DNA of 42,559 nt from a virus. The stretch lies in IMG/VR virus record IMGVR_UViG_3300025528_000003; one strand, written 5' to 3'. The notes beneath the pieces were generated by a model. It was not told the DNA's origin. It ran no database searches and worked only from the letters and a program-made list of their open reading frames with translations. This document shows positions 33,166-40,244 of this stretch, piece after piece. The position numbers were made by a program, and so were the translations under genes. Positions within the stretch are counted from its first letter, which is position 1. The number at the start of each line of letters is the position of its first letter.

Positions 33166-35691
33166 ATGGCAGACAAAAAGCTTTCCGCACTCACTGATGC
33201 AGACACACCGCTTGCGGGCGATGAACTGATTTATGTCGTCCAAGACGGCAACTCCCGCAAGGTCGCTACCGGGTCGCTCTATATCCCCGGTGGAACCGAT
33301 GTTGCGGTCTCTGACGGCGGCACGGGCGCGTCCAATGCGTCGGATGCTCGGGACAATCTGGGCCTCACCATTGGCGCGGACGTCCAGGCATATAGCGCCA
33401 CGCTCGACGCCATTGCGCAGGTTTCCCCCGAAAGCTACGGGCTTGGCCTTCTGGAAATGCCCGACGCGGCCTCGGCTCAGGTGTATCTTGACCTTGCTCC
33501 TGTCGCGGCATCCGGCGACTACGACGACTTGGACAACAAGCCCACCCTTGGCACGATGGCTGCCGAGGATGCGAGCAACTACACGCCGACGAGCGGGCTT
33601 GCTGCCGTTGCGTTGTCGAATGATTATACCGACCTCGACAATCTCCCGTCACTGGCTCCCATTGCCACTTCCGGCGATTTTGACGACCTGACCAACGTTC
33701 CGACCAATGTCGCGGACCTTGCCGATTTGACGCCCGGCACGGATGGGCAGGTCGTGGGCTGGCAGAGCGGCGAGCTTGCGACGTTCACTGCATCCGGCAG
33801 CGGCGACATGCTTGCGAGTATGTACGACCCGAACGGCGTCGAGGCTGATGCATTCGACAGCGCAAATCACGCCTACGACAACACGGGCAGCGGCCTGAGC
33901 GCGACGAATGTCCAAGACGCTATCGACAAGATCGCAAGCACGGCTGTTCAGAGCGTGGTGGCTGGGGCAAATATCACTGTTGATGCCACGGACCCGCGCA
34001 ACCCCATTATCTCGGCCAGCGCGGCTTCGGGACGGCTCGACATTGCTGACTTTAGCCAGCTTGCGACTGATTTTGTCTATGACAGCCCCGATCCCGGCCA
34101 GCAGCAAGTTGCTGCGGGCGATGTCATTCTGTGGCGCGAGAAGGGGATTGCTTGGAAAGTCGCGTCCTCGACTGCGACGGATGCTCATCTCGATTACACA
34201 GGCAACGGCGGTGTACTGCTTTACATAATGCCTGACGCCAGTGGGTGCCTGCCATTCGAAGGCTGGGGAGGCCGCCGTGCAGAGGAAGATCCCCTTTTTG
34301 ACAATTCAGATGTTTTTGATTTGATCCATGCCTACGTGCATAGCGATAAAGGCATCGGCGTTGAAAGGGCGATAAAGTTTCCTATCGGGCGTTTCAACCA
34401 CTCGCGTACACTCAAGATCGATTGGAGGCACGCCACGTTCATCGGCTCTGGGAGCCTTGCCGCAGTGCGGGCGCCTACTCCTGAGCACCCTATTCGCTCA
34501 GACGGTACATTCATTTGCTATACAGGCAATGATGGCGGTGTCGGGGTCGATGTTGGCACTGGGGGCAGCGGTTACATCTATCACGTAACAGTTGAAAATA
34601 TCCGCTTCGGCACCTCAAGTCCGAGTATGGCGAATTGCACTGTTATGCGGTGGAAGGGTCTTTCGGAATTTTACTTCCGAAACATTGGCCTTCAGGGAGG
34701 GAAAGTCCTCCTTGAGATGGACGACGTTGGTATCGGCCATTTAAGCTCTTTCTACATGGCAGACAGCTCCGAAGCGCACATGCTTTTCAATGGAGAGACT
34801 GGCGCGGTAAACAATATTTGGTTTGAAAATGGCAATTTGTGGCTCGCAAAAAATTCAACGTTCAAATTCATAGCGGGGATCGTTCAAAATGTTTCATTTA
34901 CAGACAGCTGGGTTGAGCTTGCTGAGCACATATTTGAATTTGCACCGGACGTCGACGCGTTCACGAGCTTCTCATTGTTTCATTTCGTTCGCACACGCTT
35001 CCAGAACGGCAGCGACTTTGAGGATGACTGGCCCACACAGGGGAGGGAGGGATGGTTTATCAAAGCGGTCCCTTCTCAGAACTACACAAACAGATCTCTA
35101 CTTATAGACGGATGGGTGTTTGAAGATTGTTATATAAACATCTCCTCTGATTCCTCGCCCGGAGCGGCGGTCGTTTATGACCGTGGGGACAATATCGGCG
35201 CACAAAGCCTTATCCAGAATATGACGTTCCGGGGTGGATACTTTACGGGTACGCTGGGCGCATATACCATCTTCAAAGGCCCCGGCTCTGTTTTCTGTTA
35301 TGGAACGAGGAAGGATAGTGGCATCCAATGGACTGACGGGTCCACTAGAGTCGTGCGCCTCGGGCAGGAGTTCCACTACTGGGAATTTGACGGCAGGCCT
35401 GTCCGTCTACCAGTGATCCAAACCCCCTCTATTACAACCGCCGGGCAGATATATTGGCACCAAGGCACACAACTCCCCCGCGTAGTGGACCGGGATGGCT
35501 TTGCTCGGACCGTTTTGCACAGTATGCCAGTCACTACTGCCAGTCGCCCGGCATTAAGTGGGAGTGCGGGGCCCGGAGTAATGGTTTTCGACACCGATTT
35601 AGGCAAGCCGATCTGGTGGGATGGCAGTAAGTGGGTCGATGCGACGGGGGCAGAGGCGGATGAGGGTGAGGGTGAGGGTGAGGGTGAATAA
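33166..35691 (+). CDS. Tailspike/tail fibre (841 aa) with N-terminal SGD(Y/F)DDLxNxP repeats and a central low-GC, beta-helix-like receptor-binding region
   Basis: Repeats ASGDYDDLDNKP, SNDYTDLDNLP and TSGDFDDLTNVP. C-terminal GKPIWWDGSKWVDATG. Ends in (EG)4E. Confidence 0.85.
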   Translation: MADKKLSALTDADTPLAGDELIYVVQDGNSRKVATGSLYIPGGTDVAVSDGGTGASNASDARDNLGLTIGADVQAYSATLDAIAQVSPESYGLGLLEMPDAASAQVYLDLAPVAASGDYDDLDNKPTLGTMAAEDASNYTPTSGLAAVALSNDYTDLDNLPSLAPIATSGDFDDLTNVPTNVADLADLTPGTDGQVVGWQSGELATFTASGSGDMLASMYDPNGVEADAFDSANHAYDNTGSGLSATNVQDAIDKIASTAVQSVVAGANITVDATDPRNPIISASAASGRLDIADFSQLATDFVYDSPDPGQQQVAAGDVILWREKGIAWKVASSTATDAHLDYTGNGGVLLYIMPDASGCLPFEGWGGRRAEEDPLFDNSDVFDLIHAYVHSDKGIGVERAIKFPIGRFNHSRTLKIDWRHATFIGSGSLAAVRAPTPEHPIRSDGTFICYTGNDGGVGVDVGTGGSGYIYHVTVENIRFGTSSPSMANCTVMRWKGLSEFYFRNIGLQGGKVLLEMDDVGIGHLSSFYMADSSEAHMLFNGETGAVNNIWFENGNLWLAKNSTFKFIAGIVQNVSFTDSWVELAEHIFEFAPDVDAFTSFSLFHFVRTRFQNGSDFEDDWPTQGREGWFIKAVPSQNYTNRSLLIDGWVFEDCYINISSDSSPGAAVVYDRGDNIGAQSLIQNMTFRGGYFTGTLGAYTIFKGPGSVFCYGTRKDSGIQWTDGSTRVVRLGQEFHYWEFDGRPVRLPVIQTPSITTAGQIYWHQGTQLPRVVDRDGFARTVLHSMPVTTASRPALSGSAGPGVMVFDTDLGKPIWWDGSKWVDATGAEADEGEGEGEGE
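35662..35685 (+). repeat. Hexanucleotide repeat (GAGGGT)x4 encoding EGEGEGEG at the tailspike C-terminus
   Basis: Read directly. Confidence 0.9.
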
Positions 35692-35765
35692 CAACTCATC
35701 GTCACCCGGCACCCACTCATACTAAATTTTGCAATCACCCGTCTTACCGCGATTGCCGACAAACA

Positions 35766-35785
35766 AAGCGGCCTCCGGGCCGCTT
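35766..35785. terminator. Hairpin AAGCGGCC-TCCG-GGCCGCTT after the tailspike gene (T-rich flank on the minus strand, weak on the plus strand)
   Basis: Read directly. Confidence 0.5.
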
Positions 35786-35807
35786 CCATCCTAAGGGGAA
35801 ACAAACG

Positions 35808-36030
35808 ATGACAGTTGATGAAAAACTGGCCGTGATCGCCAGAGCACTGCTCATCTTGTCCGCCAACATGGGATTACGACGGCGAAACCATGGTGGGGGA
35901 AGGTGTCTCGCTTGATCCCGACATTGAGGAAGCACTGGAGCAGATCGCATCCATTCTCACTGATCGGCGCGCCGCTCTTGAATTGACGCCCGAGCAGATT
36001 GACGCAATCCGAAAAAAGAAGGTCGCTTAG
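35808..36030 (+). pseudogene. Frameshifted paralogue of gene 41873..42064
   Basis: Frame 0 gives MTVDEKLAVIARALLILSAN..., stopping at 35915. Frame +1 continues WDYDGETMVGEGVSLDPDIEEALEQIASIL... to TAG 36030. Both halves align to MGTDEKIAILARAILALAERSAHTWDYDGEIMIGEGVQLPFDIEETL. Confidence 0.6.
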
Positions 36031-36045
36031 GCGGCCTTTTTCTTT
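36019..36045 (+). terminator. Intrinsic terminator (AAGGTCGC-TTAG-GCGGCCTT + TTTCTTT)
   Basis: Read directly. It overlaps the end of the frameshifted ORF. Confidence 0.55.
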
Positions 36046-36063
36046 GCCCAAAAAGGAAACGTG

Positions 36064-36684
36064 ATGAACCTGACACACCCGTCAGTGCGGCTCCTTATTG
36101 CCGAATGCAAGAAGGAGGGGCTGCTTAGGAACCAGGCTGCATACGTATTGGGGACGGCGCACTTCGAAACAGGCCAATTCAAATGGATGCGTGAGATTTG
36201 GGGTCCAACCCCTGCACAGAAGCGCTACGAGGGCCGTGCTGATCTTGGCAATACACAACCCGGCGATGGCAAGCGCTATATGGGGCGCGGCTTCGTACAG
36301 ATCACTGGCCGCAGGAACTACACGGACTGGTCCAAACGCCTCGGCATCGATTTGGTGAACAAGCCGGAACTGGCCGAGCAGCCCGACATCGCCGCCCAGA
36401 TCATCGTCAAGGGCATGAAGCTTGGCACCTTCACCGGAAAAAAGCTTTCCGACTACATCACCCTACGGGCTTCCAATTTCGTCGGCGCGCGCCGGATCGT
36501 CAACGGCACGGATAAGGCTACTCAGATAGCCAATCTGGCAAAGCAGTATGACGCGCTGCTGAAGGCTGAAGGCTATGGGGAAGACACCCCCGCGCGCGAT
36601 ATCGGAACCCCGGTAACGTCTAAGCCCTCCCTCCTTTCTCTCATCCTCTCCTTCTTCTCCAATCTCTTCAGGAGGTCCAAATGA
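36064..36684 (+). CDS. Endolysin, glycoside hydrolase family 19 (chitinase-like)
   Basis: Signature YMGRGFVQITGRRNY. Hydrophobic/amphipathic C-terminal tail PSLLSLILSFFSNLFRRSK. Confidence 0.9.
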   Translation: MNLTHPSVRLLIAECKKEGLLRNQAAYVLGTAHFETGQFKWMREIWGPTPAQKRYEGRADLGNTQPGDGKRYMGRGFVQITGRRNYTDWSKRLGIDLVNKPELAEQPDIAAQIIVKGMKLGTFTGKKLSDYITLRASNFVGARRIVNGTDKATQIANLAKQYDALLKAEGYGEDTPARDIGTPVTSKPSLLSLILSFFSNLFRRSK

Positions 36685-36884
36685 GCGGCCCCATTGCCCG
36701 AATTCTGCTGCGCTATATCGCAGGGATGCTTGTCGCGAAAGGCATCCTCGATCCAGACAGCGCTTCACTGATCAACACGGATCCGGATCTGATCGAGCTT
36801 GTAACGGCAGCGGTGGGCATCCTCGTCGGGCTCGGCACGGAATATGCCTATCGCCTCGCTAAGCGCATGGGTTGGGCGACATGA
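36681..36884 (+). CDS. Holin (2 TM, 67 aa)
   Basis: Two hydrophobic helices. Lies between the endolysin and spanin genes. Confidence 0.65.
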   Translation: MSGPIARILLRYIAGMLVAKGILDPDSASLINTDPDLIELVTAAVGILVGLGTEYAYRLAKRMGWAT

Positions 36885-37090
36885 CAACACTGCTCGTCTA
36901 TATCGGCAGCGCCATTGCTGCCCTTCTTGTCGCATTCGTTCAAGGCAAGAGATCAGGAGCCGCACGGGAACGCCAGAAGCAGGCCACAGAGCGCCAGAAA
37001 GCCCGTGAAGTCGCAGACCGCATTGACTCCGACATAGGCGCATTGCCGCCCGACGACGCTAGGGAGGCGCTAAAGAAATGGTCGCGTTAA
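36881..37090 (+). CDS. i-spanin (Rz-like)
   Basis: N-terminal TM segment LLVYIGSAIAALLVAFV, then a charged coiled region. ATGA-coupled. Confidence 0.65.
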   Translation: MTTLLVYIGSAIAALLVAFVQGKRSGAARERQKQATERQKAREVADRIDSDIGALPPDDAREALKKWSR

Positions 37091-37275
37091 GGTATCTTCT
37101 CCCGCTCGCAGCGCTCGTTCTCGTATCATGCCAGACGCCACAAGGCGGCTTCTGCGATCTCGCCAAGCCCATACGATTGTCTCCCGAGCAGATCGACAAG
37201 CTTACAGACGAGCAGGTGCGGCAAGTGCTGGGCCACAACCAACGCGGTGCCAAGCTCTGTGGGTGGAAGCCGTGA
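37078..37275 (+). CDS. o-spanin lipoprotein (Rz1-like)
   Basis: Signal peptide with lipobox LVSC. 65 aa. Overlaps the i-spanin 3' end. Confidence 0.7.
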   Translation: MVALRYLLPLAALVLVSCQTPQGGFCDLAKPIRLSPEQIDKLTDEQVRQVLGHNQRGAKLCGWKP

Positions 37276-37499
37276 GTAGCCCCACCATCGAAACCCGTGA
37301 ACGCGTTGTGCGCCTCGAAGAGCAAGTCAAAGGCCTAGAGGCGAAGATCACGTCCATGGACGCCAAGGTAACGGAGATGCACGAGCTGCTGATCCAGGCC
37401 AAAGGCGCGCGCTGGATGCTTATGGTCCTCGTTGCCATTGGCGGGTTTGTCGCAGCCAAGATCACTCCCCTCCTTTCCTATCTCATCCCACCAAAATAG
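37272..37499 (+). CDS. Tail-anchored coiled-coil membrane protein (75 aa, GTG start)
   Basis: GTGA overlap with the o-spanin stop. C-terminal TM segment WMLMVLVAIGGFVAAKITPLL. Confidence 0.5.
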   Translation: MSSPTIETRERVVRLEEQVKGLEAKITSMDAKVTEMHELLIQAKGARWMLMVLVAIGGFVAAKITPLLSYLIPPK

Positions 37500-37508
37500 G
37501 AGGCCCAC

Positions 37509-38126
37509 ATGAGGGCTCTATTTGCCGTGGTGGCACTCGCCGCCGCGCTTCTCACCGCGTGCTCGCATTCACCTGAGGACGCTACCGCCGATGCAATGGT
37601 CAAGGTCATAACAAAGGGCGGCCATGGTTCCGGGTTCCACATCGGGAATGGATACCTCATTACTGCGGCCCATGTGGTGAAGGATGCCGACAAGCTCCAG
37701 CTTAAGACCTCGTTGGGCGGGCAGGCAAAGGCGGAAGTCCTCTGGACGAACAAGGCCCATGACATTGCCCTGCTTCGCGTTGAGGGGCCGCTTGACCTCG
37801 CCGTTGCTCCTCTCTCCTGCCGCGTCCCTGACGTGGGCGAAGACATCATGGCGAAGGGCAATCCGGCTTCCGACGAGTTCATTACCGTATGGGGCAAGAT
37901 TGCTGGCGGGGAAAGGGCTTTCGGCCCGTGGCGTTCAGTGGTCGTCACCGACATTGCTACGGTTCCCGGCCAATCTGGCGGTCCTGTTCTAGACTCCAGC
38001 GGCAACGTGATCGGCGTCACGGTCGGGGTTCTCACGGCTCCTATTGGCTTCGGCGTCTCTCTGGTCGGCGTCGGGTATGCCGTCCCTGGCAAGGCTGTGT
38101 GTGATCTTCTCGCGCGGGGTGCCTGA
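37509..38126 (+). CDS. Secreted lipoprotein trypsin-like (S1/DegP-type) serine protease
   Basis: Lipobox LLTAC. Catalytic-triad contexts TAAHVV, HDIALL and GQSGGP. Confidence 0.8.
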   Translation: MRALFAVVALAAALLTACSHSPEDATADAMVKVITKGGHGSGFHIGNGYLITAAHVVKDADKLQLKTSLGGQAKAEVLWTNKAHDIALLRVEGPLDLAVAPLSCRVPDVGEDIMAKGNPASDEFITVWGKIAGGERAFGPWRSVVVTDIATVPGQSGGPVLDSSGNVIGVTVGVLTAPIGFGVSLVGVGYAVPGKAVCDLLARGA

Positions 38127-39166
38127 TGGCCCCGACTCATATCTCAGATGAGGAAATCCGTGAGGCTGTCCTTGCGCTTGCGCAATATGGCAGCCAGCAG
38201 GCAGCAGCCGACGCATTGGGCCTCACGAGAGCATCATTGCGGCGCAGGATCGAAAAGGGAGAAAGGCGGGGCCTTGCAAATGCGATAGAACCGCAGCCGA
38301 TAGAGTTCCCGTCTTTTGTCACGGACGGCGATGAAGACGAGGACATTGAAGATCTTCTGAGGCGCAGGGAAAAGCACTTCGAGCGGAAGTGGAAAGCCGC
38401 CTCTGCTCGGCAGTGGTTTGAAATCAAGGTCCACGAGACGAAACCCTACGGCGTCCTTGCCTTTGGGGACCCTCATCTTGATGATGACGGGTGCAACATT
38501 CGCCTCCTGCGTCAACACCTCGCCATTGCTGCGAAACCGGGCGTCTACTCCATCAACATTGGCGACACGCACAACAATTGGGTGGGTCGGCTTGAACGCC
38601 TCTATGCCAACCAGGAGACAAGCCGCCATACCGGCAAACGCCTTGTCGAGTGGTTCATGTTCGAATCGGGCGCGCGGTGGCTCTGCTGGGTGCTTGGCAA
38701 TCATGACGCGTGGAATGATGGCGTAGACTTCCACATGCGCCTTGCCCAGCGCCGTATCCCGGTGATCGACTGGAAGGCGCAGTTCAAGCTCGTTCACCCA
38801 TCCGGCACGGAAGCCCGCGTAGACGCCTCTCATGGCCGCAAGGGTTCCTCCATCTGGAACAACCTGCACGGGACACTCAGAGACGCCAAGCTGGGTGACA
38901 TGGCTGATGTCTACCTAACGGGCCACACTCACAACTACGCGCTGGAACACCTGGAGATCCCGGAGCGGCGGCATTCGTGCTGGCTTGTGCAGCTGCGCGG
39001 CTACAAGTGGATGGACACCCACAGTCTGTATAATGGGTTCCCAGAGCATCAGCTTGGGTCCGCCGTGTTCATGGTTGTCGATCCTCGTCCAGACGCCCGA
39101 ACCAAGATCATGTGCTTTGAAGATGTTGAAGCCGGATATCGCTATATGGAGATGCTTCGTTCATGA
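38126..39166 (+). CDS. HTH domain fused to a calcineurin-like metallophosphoesterase
   Basis: N-terminal AADALGLTRASLRRRIEKG. MPE motifs GDPHLDD, GDTHNNW, GNHD and GHTH. Confidence 0.8.
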   Translation: MAPTHISDEEIREAVLALAQYGSQQAAADALGLTRASLRRRIEKGERRGLANAIEPQPIEFPSFVTDGDEDEDIEDLLRRREKHFERKWKAASARQWFEIKVHETKPYGVLAFGDPHLDDDGCNIRLLRQHLAIAAKPGVYSINIGDTHNNWVGRLERLYANQETSRHTGKRLVEWFMFESGARWLCWVLGNHDAWNDGVDFHMRLAQRRIPVIDWKAQFKLVHPSGTEARVDASHGRKGSSIWNNLHGTLRDAKLGDMADVYLTGHTHNYALEHLEIPERRHSCWLVQLRGYKWMDTHSLYNGFPEHQLGSAVFMVVDPRPDARTKIMCFEDVEAGYRYMEMLRS

Positions 39167-39324
39167 GCAAGAAAGTCTATATCCGAACAACTCGTGTGGA
39201 TGGCAAGGTGCAAGAGCCGCGCGAATTGATCGTTGATGGTATAAAAGTAGCAGAGCTTTCAAAGCTCGATCTTCTCGACCTTATCGTTGATGCAACACTG
39301 GCGGTCAAAGATAGCAATGGCTGA
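39163..39324 (+). CDS. Hypothetical protein (53 aa), AT-rich
   Basis: Own translation: MSKKVYIRTTRVDGKVQEPRELIVDGIKVAELSKLDLLDLIVDATLAVKDSNG. ATGA-coupled. Confidence 0.45.
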   Translation: MSKKVYIRTTRVDGKVQEPRELIVDGIKVAELSKLDLLDLIVDATLAVKDSNG

Positions 39325-39426
39325 CTTGGTAAATCATCCTTTTGAAGGATCATTTGTCTGGAAACAACCACACGATTGCGCTACAAACGCGCGACGGCTT
39401 TATGGCTCTATGACGGAGGTGTGCCA

Positions 39427-39798
39427 ATGCCCGAACTTGACGTTTTGATTCGGTCAAATCCGAAGGCGGAGAAACAGGAGGCATCACTTCGCGCGGCACT
39501 GGAGGCCTTGAGTAGGCTGCAAGAGAGCGGCATCCATTCTGCGGGAAAGATATTGGCTGATCTAGTCAATCATCCGCCGCATTACACAGATCATCCGTCC
39601 GGCATCGAGTGCATCCAGATCACCGAGCATATGAATTTTTGCCTGGGGAATGTCATAAAATATGTCTGGCGGGCAGGACGCAAGGGCGATCCCATTGAGG
39701 ATCTGGAAAAGGCGCGTTTCTATCTCGACCGGGAGATAGCGCGCCTCAAGGCTAGTGCTCAGTCTTGCCCGCAAGATGCGTCGGCCAAGGGGCGCTGA
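39427..39798 (+). CDS. DUF3310-like protein
   Basis: Hallmark NHPPHYTDHPSGIECIQITEHMNFCLGNVIKYVWRAGRKGDPIEDLEKARFYLDREI. GGAGG lies 7 nt before ATG 39427. Confidence 0.75.
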   Translation: MPELDVLIRSNPKAEKQEASLRAALEALSRLQESGIHSAGKILADLVNHPPHYTDHPSGIECIQITEHMNFCLGNVIKYVWRAGRKGDPIEDLEKARFYLDREIARLKASAQSCPQDASAKGR

Positions 39799-39916
39799 TC
39801 GCTTCGTCTAATTCGCGGGCGATCTCCCGGCATCTTTGCCGCTCTGCTTCCGTGGCTTCCTCCCATTGCTTGCCGATCTCCGTCTCGCAGATCAGGCGCA
39901 GTCGCGTGATATCCAT
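39752..39916 (-). CDS. Hypothetical protein (54 aa)
   Basis: ATG 39916 is preceded by GGGCGGGGGA. Convergent 47-nt overlap with the DUF3310 gene lowers confidence. Confidence 0.3.
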   Translation of the reverse strand: MDITRLRLICETEIGKQWEEATEAERQRCREIARELDEAISAPWPTHLAGKTEH

Positions 39917-39927
39917 TCCCCCGCCCT

Positions 39928-40017
39928 TTACCCAAGCAGCCATGCAAGGATGGCTAGTGCTGTAATGGCAGCAAATATGATCCAAAGAGAGCGGTCTGAG
40001 TAGGGGCCTACACGCAT
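39928..40017 (-). CDS. Possible 29-aa membrane micro-peptide
   Basis: Own translation: MRVGPYSDRSLWIIFAAITALAILAWLLG. Confidence 0.25.
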   Translation of the reverse strand: MRVGPYSDRSLWIIFAAITALAILAWLLG

Positions 40018-40029
40018 TTTGGTGCCAGA

Positions 40030-40089
40030 TTCCGTTTACAGAAGGTATGATTTCTTCAATGATTTTAACGTGCCATTTTGTAAACGGAA
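40030..40089. repeat. 11-bp inverted repeat TTCCGTTTACA (40030-40) / TGTAAACGGAA (40079-89) on the left arm of attP
   Basis: Read directly. The same CGTTTACA-type motif recurs at 40217-25 and 40228-36. Confidence 0.85.
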
Positions 40090-40120
40090 GTGGCTCAAAC
40101 CCGCAGAAAACCGGGATTCG

Positions 40121-40173
40121 GCACCGGCCTTCTAAGCCGATGGTCGCAGGTTCGAATCCTGCCGGGGTCGCCA
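40121..40173 (+). other. attP core: 3' ~50 nt of a tRNA-Arg(UCU)-like gene (anticodon arm to CCA); not a complete tRNA
   Basis: Own folding. T-arm GCAGG-TTCGAAT-CCTGC, acceptor 3' strand CGGGGTC-G-CCA, anticodon loop CTTCTAA. There is no matching 5' acceptor strand or D-arm upstream. Confidence 0.8.
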
Positions 40174-40216
40174 CAAAATCAATCACTTAGCAGCACTCCC
40201 AGACACCCGTGTTGCA

Positions 40217-40236
40217 CCGTTTACAAACGGTTTACA
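40217..40236 (+). repeat. Direct repeats CCGTTTACA / CGGTTTACA (candidate integrase arm-type sites) on the right arm of attP
   Basis: Read directly, between the attP core and the int stop codon. Confidence 0.6.
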
Positions 40237-40244
40237 ATTCCCGT

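Noticed and set aside
39752-40186. The full 144-aa minus-strand ORF reaching across the tRNA fragment.
   Set aside because: Its N-terminal part is the reverse complement of the tRNA-like attP core and the AT-rich arm. Only the distal 54 codons, which have their own RBS, are plausible.
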